DNA of 38,746 nt from a virus (taxonomy: Duplodnaviria; Caudoviricetes), in IMG/VR virus record IMGVR_UViG_3300043173_000166, positions 1 to 38,746 of that record; one strand, written 5' to 3'. Below, piece after piece: positions 18,321 through 26,978 of the stretch (positions are counted from its first letter, which is position 1; each line of letters begins with the position of its first letter). The position numbers were made by a program, and so were the translations under genes. The notes under the pieces were generated by a model. The model was not told where the DNA came from, did not search any database, and saw only the letters and a program-made list of their open reading frames with translations.

Positions 18321-18780
18321 ACAAAGGGTCGGGTGATCCCTGATATATAAATATATCCACTGGTCATAATAACTACGCTTATCAGGGTATAGTTTTACAT
18401 CTTACCGGATGCCCTTCACTTAATATCACTTGGACCCTGTTTATGCCCTGCCCCTGTGGTGAGCAGTCCACTCCCCTTTGTATCCAGGGTACTTATCGTT
18501 GAGGGAAGTATCCTTTTATCTGCTATCTTTCGATCCACAGATTAGAGCGGTAGTTATACGTTACTGCTTTGATGACCCAGTATTAGCTCTGGTGAGTGTA
18601 AAGTACCCAATGCTGGGTAGACGGGGAGAATCTGCATAGGTTGTGCTGTAGTGGGGCGATGCTAGTTACCTCATGCTGGCCTAGTAACAATTAATTACTA
18701 GTTTAACCGGCAATAACGGCTCAACCCTTACATCTTCATCCCCGCTTGCAGGGATCACTACAACACACCTATGCAAACTC
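18321..18780 (+). ncRNA. Candidate large structured ncRNA (or structured ssDNA origin)
   Basis: No long ORF; many nested long-range helices; G-U pairs mostly favour the + strand. Confidence 0.55.
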
Positions 18781-18868
18781 AAAGGAAGGCTTTAGAAAGG
18801 ATGTGTCTTGGAGGAATTTCACCTCTGCATGCCGCTATGCGGGAGCCTAGAATCTACCAGTCAGACAC

Positions 18869-19010
18869 AAAAAAGGCCAATAAATACAGACCCTAGAGAC
18901 TTGGGGCGGAATGAGAGAGACTTTGGCGGTATTTAACCTTGCTCTCTAAAACCTGTACTTATTGACCCTTTGTCTCTCTACTAATTTCCAAAGCGCCGCC
19001 AAGCGCCTAC
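18869..19010 (-). promoter_or_regulatory. Attenuator-like leader / small RNA
   Basis: Long hairpin 18872-18889/18953-18971 followed by U6 on minus; alternative TTGGCGG/CCGCCAA and GAGAGAC/GTCTCTC pairings. Confidence 0.55.
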
Positions 19011-19016
19011 CCCATT

Positions 19017-19045
19017 ATTATCATCCATAAAGGGCAATAGTGCAA
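19017..19045 (-). promoter_or_regulatory. Sigma70-like promoter
   Basis: TTGCAC-N17-GATAAT on minus strand. Confidence 0.65.
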
Positions 19046-19057
19046 GTGGGAATTAAC

Positions 19058-19080
19058 AAAAAAGCCCCAATTAAGGGGCT
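19058..19080 (-). terminator. Intrinsic terminator
   Basis: AGCCCC-TTAATT-GGGGCT followed by TTTTT. Confidence 0.8.
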
Positions 19081-19158
19081 AGTTCGAGATAGTGGCAGAC
19101 TTCGCCTGTGAACCTCCTGTCGGGTAAGGTTTAAATAATTATAGCATCAAACAGTTAA

Positions 19159-19692
19159 TTAAATAATTCCTCCATGGTTCTCGTGATAACTGTTTCTACG
19201 CTCCAGGGACTTTCTGAGACAACACGCTTCAAAAAAGTCCTTCATTCCTCTGGTTATTCTCCCATTTTCTCCAGTTATGCGAACCTCCCATATTTTATCC
19301 CTTTTGCACCAGTAAACTCCAGTTATACCGCTAGTGTTAGTATTAGATTTCTTCTGGTTTCTTGAGTTCTCAGTTTTAGTAACGTCTCTCAGGTTAATAA
19401 TCCTATTGTCAGTCTTATGTTTATTCATATGATCAATCATATTTGGCCAGCTGCCGTGCATATATAACCAAGCGAGCCTGTGACTCCTGTGATTCTTTCC
19501 GAAGAAACCTATCATAATGTAGCCAGCCCCACTAACACCTCCTGCTTCTAACCCGGGATATCTAGTGTTCCATTCCCTGTAGTCACAATCTCTTGTGAAG
19601 TATTTCCTGTGACGGTAAAGCCAGGTAAAAATACCACTATCAGGATTATAATGTAATAGCTCTTTTAGTGCTTCTTGCGTCAGCTTATCCAT
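19159..19692 (-). CDS. HNH homing endonuclease (HNH_3 + AP2-like)
   Basis: HRLAWLYMHG.WP..IDH.N....DNRI.NLR; NTSGITGVYW. Confidence 0.9.
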   Translation of the reverse strand: MDKLTQEALKELLHYNPDSGIFTWLYRHRKYFTRDCDYREWNTRYPGLEAGGVSGAGYIMIGFFGKNHRSHRLAWLYMHGSWPNMIDHMNKHKTDNRIINLRDVTKTENSRNQKKSNTNTSGITGVYWCKRDKIWEVRITGENGRITRGMKDFFEACCLRKSLERRNSYHENHGGII

Positions 19693-19703
19693 ATCTCACA
19701 CAC

Positions 19704-20093
19704 CTAATAATAAAAAAGGCTCGCTATTTTCCTCGGCATACGTTCCGGCACAATATCCTCCTCTTTCTCTGGCCTGGCTGGACCCTCTGGATGAAGCGTG
19801 TAGAGGTTGTGTGAAAGCCCAGTATTGCCGTTTAACTCGATTACAGCACTGGGTACGGGTTCTGCTTTCGGTGGTGGCTGAGTTATCCCCAGTTCATTAG
19901 CTTTCCACGTCAGGTAGATCGTGCTAAACCGTCCTGATGGCCTGTAGCTCATTAATCGACCTTCAATGCGTAATGCGGTGATAGTCGACGCCAACTTGCT
20001 GACAGCCACCCCCATGAGGTCGTGTAGGTCTTTACGGGGCAAGACACCACCAGCATTGGTTAGTATTTGTATCATTCGGTCTGCGGTAGTCAT
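19704..20093 (-). CDS. Winged-helix-like DNA-binding protein
   Basis: N-terminal wHTH-like pattern. Confidence 0.5.
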   Translation of the reverse strand: MTTADRMIQILTNAGGVLPRKDLHDLMGVAVSKLASTITALRIEGRLMSYRPSGRFSTIYLTWKANELGITQPPPKAEPVPSAVIELNGNTGLSHNLYTLHPEGPARPEKEEDIVPERMPRKIASLFYY

Positions 20094-20479
20094 ATTACAT
20101 ACTCCATATTTTTATATGGATTAGCAAAGGGTATGCCGTCAAAATCATCTTGGGGAGCCTGCTGTTGCTGCGGTGGTGGCTGCTGGAAGCTCTGTGATGC
20201 TTGCTGTGGGCTTTGCTGGTATTGCTGCTGCTGCTGGGCTGGTTGTTGTTCATCCTTCTTATAGAACACCTTACAGTTGCCCAGGATAGTCGTCTGCACC
20301 TTATTGTCTCGCTCTTCCTTCGTGACAGATTGCGATATAAAGCCGTTATTGCCATACTGATCCTGATTATCCAGATCAATAAAAGTGGTCAGGTCGAGAT
20401 ATACTCCCTTCTCACCTTTGAATAACCGTGACTTCTCGATGTCTGATACATTTATCTTGATGCTAATTCCTAATTTCAT
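20090..20479 (-). CDS. ssb: Single-stranded DNA-binding protein (phage type)
   Basis: Small OB-like N-domain, Q/P-rich linker, acidic DDFDGIPF tail. Confidence 0.7.
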   Translation of the reverse strand: MKLGISIKINVSDIEKSRLFKGEKGVYLDLTTFIDLDNQDQYGNNGFISQSVTKEERDNKVQTTILGNCKVFYKKDEQQPAQQQQQYQQSPQQASQSFQQPPPQQQQAPQDDFDGIPFANPYKNMEYVI

Positions 20480-20526
20480 GATATTAGTTCCTTATTGGTT
20501 GAAATTGGGGTAATGGTTATCGGGCG

Positions 20527-20796
20527 CTAACTCTCTATCTCATAGGTATAGTTGATGTGCTTAACCTTGCGCACCTCCCAGTTGTGGTAAGTATGTTTGA
20601 TCTTGCGTGCACCTAAAGCATAGAGCACGGCCGGGGGTGCGCGTACCGGGGTTCCTTTGGCTTGCAATATCCCGTGTAGGAACATTAAGAGGTTTGTGTG
20701 TTTCACGCCCCACAACTCAGAAGCTTTGCGGGCGCTGCCTATCTCGGCAATTGTGTCCGACAGTAATTGCTTGAATGTGGCCTCGTCAATCTCCAT
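20527..20796 (-). CDS. Hypothetical, possible HTH protein
   Basis: ORF with AAGGA RBS; SARKASELWGV. Confidence 0.55.
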   Translation of the reverse strand: MEIDEATFKQLLSDTIAEIGSARKASELWGVKHTNLLMFLHGILQAKGTPVRAPPAVLYALGARKIKHTYHNWEVRKVKHINYTYEIES

Positions 20797-20825
20797 GGCT
20801 ATGTCCTTTAATGGCTTATGGGTGG

Positions 20826-21026
20826 CTAGGCTGTATACCGATTAAACTCAATATCTTTGCTGGTTAATACAAGCTCTGCCATTAGTTCTAGCTGTAAGCT
20901 GCCTTCGCGTCTAACGTGCTCAATGAAATCTCTAAAAAGGTCGTCTTCTTCACTGTGCGCGGCCTCATAATCACCCTTAATCGAGTCGATATAATCAAGC
21001 CTTTCCTGTACGTCTGCTAGGTTCAT
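20826..21026 (-). CDS. Hypothetical protein
   Basis: GGAGAATGATATG start; GDYEAAHSEEDDL motif. Confidence 0.7.
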   Translation of the reverse strand: MNLADVQERLDYIDSIKGDYEAAHSEEDDLFRDFIEHVRREGSLQLELMAELVLTSKDIEFNRYTA

Positions 21027-21040
21027 ATCATTCTCCCTAT

Positions 21041-21286
21041 TTAAGTAATGCCCTGCTCGTGATCGTAATAAAGCAAGCCTGTATCAGTGTATATCTGGAA
21101 TCGCCAGTAGGGATGACAGCCCATAATATCTCCATTGTCATCGAATTTAACATTGAAGTTGCAAGAGTTATTGCCCCCAACAATCTCCCCCTGCCTGCCA
21201 TTTACATTACAGGGCATTCCTTTTCTTACATTGGGTACATCTCTGTACTCGCATACCATATCAATATACTTCTGCGTGTTCGGCAT
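21041..21286 (-). CDS. Hypothetical protein
   Basis: GAGGAGAATGATATG start at MPNTQK. Confidence 0.65.
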   Translation of the reverse strand: MPNTQKYIDMVCEYRDVPNVRKGMPCNVNGRQGEIVGGNNSCNFNVKFDDNGDIMGCHPYWRFQIYTDTGLLYYDHEQGIT

Positions 21287-21296
21287 ATCATTCTCC

Positions 21297-21524
21297 TCAC
21301 TCAACATAATGATTGCCGGTAGAGATTAATTTTACCTCTTCGACAAGCTTGGTTTTTAATAGCTTAGACTCCCTCACTTCATAATATTTCCCAGCCTTAA
21401 CAATCCGTATTTCGCGCTTCTCGTTCCTTGCCTGCTTAATGGCCTGTCTGCTTATGCCCCATACATCGGATGCCGATGTGACGCTATATTGTTCGATAAA
21501 ACTCTCTAAGCTCCAACTTTGCAT
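21297..21524 (-). CDS. Cro-like repressor
   Basis: L..FI......ASDVWGISRQAIKQA....R.I.I....Y.V.E.K, lambda Cro pattern; first gene of the leftward early operon. Confidence 0.7.
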   Translation of the reverse strand: MQSWSLESFIEQYSVTSASDVWGISRQAIKQARNEKREIRIVKAGKYYEVRESKLLKTKLVEEVKLISTGNHYVE

Positions 21525-21564
21525 GTAAACCTCTACTTTTTGGTTTATTTGATTTGTTACAGTT

Positions 21565-21629
21565 ATTGTAGCACTAAATCAAAATTAATGTAAAGTATTT
21601 GTTGACACCATTCACTACTGTGCTAATGT
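21565..21629. promoter_or_regulatory. Divergent early promoters
   Basis: Minus: TTTACA-N18-TACAAT with TGn extension; plus: TTGACA-N16-TAATGT. Confidence 0.6.
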
Positions 21630-21636
21630 TCATCAT

Positions 21637-21846
21637 ATGAAAACAAATCAGCACGGAAAACTAGAAATCGCCGCCCTAATCGCAATACTCATTGCGCTGG
21701 CATTTGTCGGGCCTTCAGATTTCGAGGACGAAGTAATGCAGGAAGATGTGTATTGCGAGATGACCGCTAGCGGTGCATGGCCTGAATACGATAAATCAAT
21801 TAAGTGTGATTCACACAGTTTACCCAACCGAGGAATAGAGAAATGA
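21637..21846 (+). CDS. Small membrane-anchored hypothetical protein
   Basis: N-terminal hydrophobic helix; YCEM..SGAWPEY. Confidence 0.7.
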   Translation: MKTNQHGKLEIAALIAILIALAFVGPSDFEDEVMQEDVYCEMTASGAWPEYDKSIKCDSHSLPNRGIEK

Positions 21847-22079
21847 AAGCAAATAAATCAAAACGCAATCGTCACACTGGACGAATCAATGCTTACAAGG
21901 CTAGAATTCTTGATAGCGTGGAAGCCAAAATTATCACTGATAGTGCTGGCACATTGTACGCGGTTGTTCAAAGTGGAATAAGGACGCATAGAGGGGCAAA
22001 TGGCGTCGTACTTAACACCGTTCCGGTCCACTCGTATGTCAGGGCTAGCAACGTGGAGAGATTCCGGCCGACAGCCTAA
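21843..22079 (+). CDS. Hypothetical protein
   Basis: Coupled ORF with GAGG RBS. Confidence 0.6.
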   Translation: MKANKSKRNRHTGRINAYKARILDSVEAKIITDSAGTLYAVVQSGIRTHRGANGVVLNTVPVHSYVRASNVERFRPTA

Positions 22080-22150
22080 CCCTATCCAGTCTCACTCGCC
22101 CCATCCTAACGGCTCTGGGGCTTAAGGCGGTAGAAAACTAGGAGAACATC

Positions 22151-22369
22151 ATGAGTAACCTAATCGATATACCTCTACCCAAACAACTCCTTGACGATCA
22201 GGAGACGCTTTTACAAACCATTAAAATGATGTCTGAGCGTCCTATTGGATCGCAGGACTTCCCCGCATCACAGAAGCTACACCGTGACCTGGAGTCAATT
22301 AACCATAAAATAGCCGACGCTGTAAACGGCATCTATAAAGAAATGATTGGAGAAAATAATGAGCAATAA
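22151..22369 (+). CDS. Hypothetical protein
   Basis: AGGAG RBS. Confidence 0.65.
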   Translation: MSNLIDIPLPKQLLDDQETLLQTIKMMSERPIGSQDFPASQKLHRDLESINHKIADAVNGIYKEMIGENNEQ

Positions 22370-22739
22370 AACAATAGAAGAACTGGAAGCTGTCATTAAA
22401 CGCCCTGGATTTGTCTGGGAAGCGCAGAGTGTTGATGGTGTTACATACCCATTCAGCACAAACTATTACCGGATGGATGACGACCGAAAGTCCGAAGTAC
22501 GTGCAGATGTTAACGGATTTGACGACGAACGGGAACGGCTGATAGCAAGGCACGTTATCAGCGTACTAAAAACCGGTGACAATTACGGCAGGGCCACTAA
22601 TTACTCCGCTATCGGCAGGATCATTTGTCAGCAGATTATTGACTATGCTGAAAAGGTTGAGGCGGTAGATGATACCGACTTGCTGAAGGTCGCCTTTTTC
22701 TCTGGACAGCCCGCTTTTCCGAATACTGGAGGTGAATAA
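22359..22739 (+). CDS. Hypothetical protein
   Basis: GGAG RBS, ATG at 22359. Confidence 0.65.
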   Translation: MSNKTIEELEAVIKRPGFVWEAQSVDGVTYPFSTNYYRMDDDRKSEVRADVNGFDDERERLIARHVISVLKTGDNYGRATNYSAIGRIICQQIIDYAEKVEAVDDTDLLKVAFFSGQPAFPNTGGE

Positions 22740-22897
22740 TGAAGACTAGGAACATATGGCTTCCTGTTGCACAGATGTGGCTGGTGCGCTTCTATGTTAA
22801 TAATCAGCGGCAAGAGGCAATCGACGCAAGTTTATTCAAAGCGCAAGAGCTAGCAAGAAAGGCTCAATCATGGGGAGAGATGAAAGATGGAGAGTAA
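22739..22897 (+). CDS. Hypothetical protein (52 aa)
   Basis: Read manually MKTRNIWLPV...EMKDGE; GGAGG RBS, TAATG coupling. Confidence 0.6.
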   Translation: MKTRNIWLPVAQMWLVRFYVNNQRQEAIDASLFKAQELARKAQSWGEMKDGE

Positions 22898-23483
22898 AAT
22901 GAATATTTACCAGAGAATCAACGCAGTCATGAAAGATTGCGAGTACTTGCAGAAGCAGCAAGCCCAGCAAGGCAAAGGCGTCAAGTACGACGAAGTTATT
23001 GCAATGCTGCGCGAACACCTTATTAATCACGGTGTTGTCATGGTGGTAAGGCAGACGGAAATGGAGTGTATTGGCGGCCTTGAAGGAAAGAATCAGAAAA
23101 TCTATCAGGGCAAGTACGAAATGGACCTCGTTAATATGGACAAGCCTGAAGAAATAGTAACCCATACCGTCTACGCTCAAGGGATGGATGGCGGCGACAA
23201 AGGGCCAGGAAAGGCGCACACCTACGCAATGAAGCTGATGCTCGTTAAAGGGTTTGGGCTTGAAACCGGAGAAGATGACGAAAGCAGGTCTGAAAAGATG
23301 GACAAGCAGAACCTAATTGATAAGGATCAATACGGTCGGCTGGCTAAATACTGCTTAACAGAAGACGGTAAGAATTGGTCAAAACTCGGATCAAAGCTAT
23401 CGGCGGCCTATAAAATAGCAGGGCTTGGATCATTGCCTGCCAGTAAGTTCGATGAAGCCATAAAACGATGTGAGGAATCTTAA
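22887..23483 (+). CDS. erf: ERF-family ssDNA annealing protein
   Basis: DKGPGKAHTYAMK...FGLETGEDDE motif. Confidence 0.8.
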   Translation: MESKMNIYQRINAVMKDCEYLQKQQAQQGKGVKYDEVIAMLREHLINHGVVMVVRQTEMECIGGLEGKNQKIYQGKYEMDLVNMDKPEEIVTHTVYAQGMDGGDKGPGKAHTYAMKLMLVKGFGLETGEDDESRSEKMDKQNLIDKDQYGRLAKYCLTEDGKNWSKLGSKLSAAYKIAGLGSLPASKFDEAIKRCEES

Positions 23484-23484
23484 A

Positions 23485-24093
23485 ATGGAAATAATCAAAG
23501 ATATACCGCAGGGCAGTGATGAGTGGCTTGCTCTTCGATTTGGATGGATAACGGCCAGTAAATTCAAGGATGTTTTGGCGAAAGGACAAGGAAAGACACG
23601 TAAGTCCTATATGTACCAGCTCGCAGCAGAAGCCCTTACAGGCGAACGGGTAGAAACCTATAGCAATGAGTACATGGAGTGGGGAACGCTCACTGAGCCG
23701 CAAGCTAGGGCCATGTACGAGCTTGATTCAGGAAATACTGTAGACGAAGTGTCATTTATCAAGCTGGATGAGCCAAATAAGATAGGTTGTAGTCCTGATG
23801 GCTTGATCGGCGATGATGGAATGGTTGAAATCAAATGCCCTAAAACGACAACGCAGATAGAAACATTCCTTTCTGGCAAAATGCCTAGCGGACACAGGGC
23901 GCAAGTACAAGGCCAATTATGGGTATCAGGTAGGCAGTGGACCGACTTCGTTTCCTTCGATCCGCGCATTGACGGCGAATCAAGTTATTTCTGCGTGAGG
24001 GTTGAACGCGACGAGGAGTATATCAAAGAGATTGAGCATGCATGCTTTCAATTTGCGGCCGATCTTAAGCTGATGCTAATAAGCCTTACATAA
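23485..24093 (+). CDS. YqaJ / lambda-exonuclease family
   Basis: QGSDEWL..R.G.ITAS, SPDGL, EIKCP, QVQGQLWV. Confidence 0.92.
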   Translation: MEIIKDIPQGSDEWLALRFGWITASKFKDVLAKGQGKTRKSYMYQLAAEALTGERVETYSNEYMEWGTLTEPQARAMYELDSGNTVDEVSFIKLDEPNKIGCSPDGLIGDDGMVEIKCPKTTTQIETFLSGKMPSGHRAQVQGQLWVSGRQWTDFVSFDPRIDGESSYFCVRVERDEEYIKEIEHACFQFAADLKLMLISLT

Positions 24094-24103
24094 CCAGGTG
24101 CTT

Positions 24104-24128
24104 GCCCGGCTACCATAGCGGGCCTTTT
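24104..24128 (+). terminator. Possible intrinsic terminator
   Basis: GCCC(G)GCTA-CCA-TAGCGGGC followed by CTTTT. Confidence 0.45.
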
Positions 24129-24134
24129 AGGAGA

Positions 24135-24515
24135 ATGATGATGAACAACGACTTTCCGCTATACCCAGAGCTTCCAGAAGATGGCAAGAAAGAAGCTCAG
24201 GCGCTGATTGATAATTTTAAAACAGAACTGGTTAAGGCTGCTGAGAATGCTATTGGTGATCTTTACTGCGATGTCGTAGAGCACATTGAAAGCGACTCAT
24301 GGACAAATTACCGCAATCACATAATGGATGGATTCAAGGATTACGGCAATCGTAAAATACAAGGCGAGCATGAATTCAAGGAAATTCGTCAGGCCATATA
24401 CCGTGAATTCAGGGATGAAATTATCGTTGATTTAAATCAGGACTTGGTGAAGGAGAATAACGACCTAAAAGAACAGGTAGAATTTCTACAAAAATGCGCG
24501 AGAGAAAGGTACTAG
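24135..24515 (+). CDS. Hypothetical protein
   Basis: AGGAG RBS; HIESDSWTNYRN. Confidence 0.7.
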   Translation: MMMNNDFPLYPELPEDGKKEAQALIDNFKTELVKAAENAIGDLYCDVVEHIESDSWTNYRNHIMDGFKDYGNRKIQGEHEFKEIRQAIYREFRDEIIVDLNQDLVKENNDLKEQVEFLQKCARERY

Positions 24516-24517
24516 CC

Positions 24518-24700
24518 ATGAACAAACAAGACGTTAAGGACAGAGCCATACCCGCCGCAGTTGTGCGCCAAACCGCCGAGGAGCATATTGAGATAGATCA
24601 ATTAACCCGGGAGTTTATAGCCAGGGGAGGAAAAATAGAGAAAGTTGGCACGATTATACATACACTGGAAGAGCTTAAGAGAGGGTGGACTTCACGGTGA
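24518..24700 (+). CDS. SutA-like RNA polymerase-binding small protein
   Basis: EIDQLTREFIARGGKIEKV resembles the SutA core (EEFL.RGGKV). Confidence 0.55.
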   Translation: MNKQDVKDRAIPAAVVRQTAEEHIEIDQLTREFIARGGKIEKVGTIIHTLEELKRGWTSR

Positions 24701-25146
24701 GCAGAATAGTTCTGGTAGATGTCGGAGAAAAGAACGGTCTGCGCATATATTCGCCAATGGACTCCGACGATGTAAAGGCGATAGGCGACAAGACGACGAT
24801 TGTGGCCGACATGAAAAGCGATAAGTCACACCGGACTACTTTGCAGAATCGAGCTTTGCACAAATTCTGTGCATTGCTCTCAGATGCTCTCAATGCGGCT
24901 GGATGGGATATGAAGCGAACCCTTAGTAAGCAAGCAGAGATACCCTGGAATCCCGACACGGCCAAGCACTGGCTTTGGCGGCCAATCCAGAAGGCTATGT
25001 TTGACAAGGAGTCTACTGCGTCACTTGATACGAATGAGGTTAGTCAGGTTTATGAGGTGCTGAATCGGCATACATCGGCTAAGTTTGGCGTATCGGTAGA
25101 GTTTCCGAGCAGGTTTAACGGTATGTATGATGATAATGTGGTATAA
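24697..25146 (+). CDS. ninB: NinB-like recombination protein
   Basis: RTTLQNRALH, STASL motifs; GTG start coupled to the upstream TGA. Confidence 0.65.
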   Translation: MSRIVLVDVGEKNGLRIYSPMDSDDVKAIGDKTTIVADMKSDKSHRTTLQNRALHKFCALLSDALNAAGWDMKRTLSKQAEIPWNPDTAKHWLWRPIQKAMFDKESTASLDTNEVSQVYEVLNRHTSAKFGVSVEFPSRFNGMYDDNVV

Positions 25147-25208
25147 TTCAGACAAGCCCAGCGTCAACTGGACCCATCCTAAAAATTGAAACCTATTGAG
25201 AGGCTCCA

Positions 25209-25646
25209 ATGTCTGAACCGAATTCTACTAAGAAATGCTGCAAATGTAAAAGCACTAAATTATTATCTGAGTTTCATAAAGGCCCCAGCGTGCCGGACAA
25301 GCGGCAATATGATTGCAAGGAATGCAATAGTGAATATGCAAGGAGCGAGAATGCCAAGAGAAGCAAAATCAAATATCGGAAGACCGACGCCGGAAAACTG
25401 TCTCTAGCTAATCAAGCAGTGAAATACCGATTAAAAAGCAAAGCCAAGACCAAGACACAAAACGCAGTTAACACTGAGATATTTAGCGGCCGTTTAATCA
25501 GGTCAGATAATTGTGAGGAGTGCAGTAGCACCGGCACGATAGATGGCCACCACGATGATTATGCTTTTCCGCTCGTAGTTCGCTGGTTATGCCGCAAGTG
25601 TCACAAAGCTTGGCACACTGAAAACGGACAAGGCCTGAACTCATAA
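25209..25646 (+). CDS. Zn-finger/HNH-like protein
   Basis: CCKC, CKEC, CEEC, HHDDY..PL.VRWLCRKCH. Confidence 0.75.
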   Translation: MSEPNSTKKCCKCKSTKLLSEFHKGPSVPDKRQYDCKECNSEYARSENAKRSKIKYRKTDAGKLSLANQAVKYRLKSKAKTKTQNAVNTEIFSGRLIRSDNCEECSSTGTIDGHHDDYAFPLVVRWLCRKCHKAWHTENGQGLNS

Positions 25647-25680
25647 TGGGGTACTTGTCACTGTTAATTAGGAGAAGGAC

Positions 25681-25929
25681 ATGGAAGACAAAAAAGAATA
25701 CGAAGTTTCTGAAGAGATAGTTGAGATGTTTGAGGATATGCGCAGTTATTACGACTGCAGGGACTCAGCAATAAAAAACTGTTTCACATGGAAGCGCGCC
25801 GCATATTATGCAAAGCGCGGGAATCAGGAGAGAGATAAGGCGTGGAGGGCTATTATTGAAATTTACCCCGAACTGGCAGGAGTTACTGCAAGCTTCAATT
25901 TTACCCGAAGCGTAGTGATTGTTGGGTAA
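25681..25929 (+). CDS. Hypothetical protein
   Basis: AGGAG RBS. Confidence 0.65.
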   Translation: MEDKKEYEVSEEIVEMFEDMRSYYDCRDSAIKNCFTWKRAAYYAKRGNQERDKAWRAIIEIYPELAGVTASFNFTRSVVIVG

Positions 25930-25983
25930 TTCCCTGCACAAACGCTCTGTAGGGGTTTGACACTTTAAATTAAGGAGAACGAT

Positions 25984-26244
25984 ATGAAAGATAAACTGGC
26001 ATATCTAGTTGGCGGTGAATACGATCAAACAAAGATTCAGATTAAAAATAACACGATTAATAATGATGGGCTTATACGAATGACAGAGCCTTTCAAAAAC
26101 ACTGATTATAAGCTCAACGAAAAGTCCGGCATGTATGACCAGATTAAATCACCTGATGTCCTTCTCTACGCTAAAGTGAGGGTAGAGCTAAGAAGCGGTG
26201 ATGATATCTTTGAGTTTATTGGATTAGATCAACGGTATTCATAG
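25984..26244 (+). CDS. Hypothetical protein
   Basis: AAGGAG RBS. Confidence 0.65.
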   Translation: MKDKLAYLVGGEYDQTKIQIKNNTINNDGLIRMTEPFKNTDYKLNEKSGMYDQIKSPDVLLYAKVRVELRSGDDIFEFIGLDQRYS

Positions 26245-26273
26245 CCCCTAACTCTACAAAGAAGGAGAACATT

Positions 26274-26645
26274 ATGACCAATACACCAGAGCCTAAACCG
26301 TGCCCATTTTGCGGTGAAAAGCCATCTGACTGGTTTCGGGGGACAGTAATTCATGTCTGTGATGTCATGGAGTCTAGACCGGACATAAGTATAGCCGAAT
26401 GGAACACCCGTACAGCACCGGAGTGGATAAGCGTAGATGACGAACCACATCCTACCAAGGGAGATTTTTTGGCAGCATGGACTGATGGCGAAGATGTAGA
26501 CGGAGTTGAGTGGTATGTATGGGATAGCGACAATTATTACATGAACTTAAACAGTAATAATATGAACGAACTTGGAAAGAAAGACGGTCCCCGAATGTTT
26601 ACTTACTGGATGCCGCTACCTTCACTACCCGATAAACCTGAATAG
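26274..26645 (+). CDS. Lar-like Zn-ribbon / DUF551 fusion
   Basis: KPCPFCG...WNTR followed by WISVDD.P...YWMPLP. Confidence 0.7.
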   Translation: MTNTPEPKPCPFCGEKPSDWFRGTVIHVCDVMESRPDISIAEWNTRTAPEWISVDDEPHPTKGDFLAAWTDGEDVDGVEWYVWDSDNYYMNLNSNNMNELGKKDGPRMFTYWMPLPSLPDKPE

Positions 26646-26666
26646 ACAGCTATAAGAGGGAATAAT

Positions 26667-26978
26667 GTGATGAGTGACTTATTAATACCAGAAAGCGATG
26701 TCGACTACCCGCGAGATGTTTTCCAAAAACTGATTAGCGGCAATAGCCCGTATGCGTTCTACATATTTCAGTGGGTGCCCTATCAGACAGACGCAAAAAG
26801 ATGGCGACTAAAAATGTGCCATGATGTGAAAGGGTTTGATGGTCGCATTGAGATGGGTATATGGCCCAACGGGAATGGCTGTGGCAGCTTTAAGGATGAC
26901 GAAGTAGAGTTTATCCGAATCAGTAAAAATCAGCACGGCATCGAGTGGACTGACCCGCGCGGAACCGATAATGCCTAA
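26667..26978 (+). CDS. Hypothetical protein
   Basis: ORF with RBS within the nin-like cluster. Confidence 0.6.
   Translation: MMSDLLIPESDVDYPRDVFQKLISGNSPYAFYIFQWVPYQTDAKRWRLKMCHDVKGFDGRIEMGIWPNGNGCGSFKDDEVEFIRISKNQHGIEWTDPRGTDNA

Noticed and set aside
18321-19010. tRNA, tmRNA, group I/II intron or retron
   Set aside because: No cloverleaf or T-loop signature seen, not interrupting a gene, no RT nearby
20150-20250. CAG-rich microsatellite
   Set aside because: Encodes the ordinary Q-rich SSB linker
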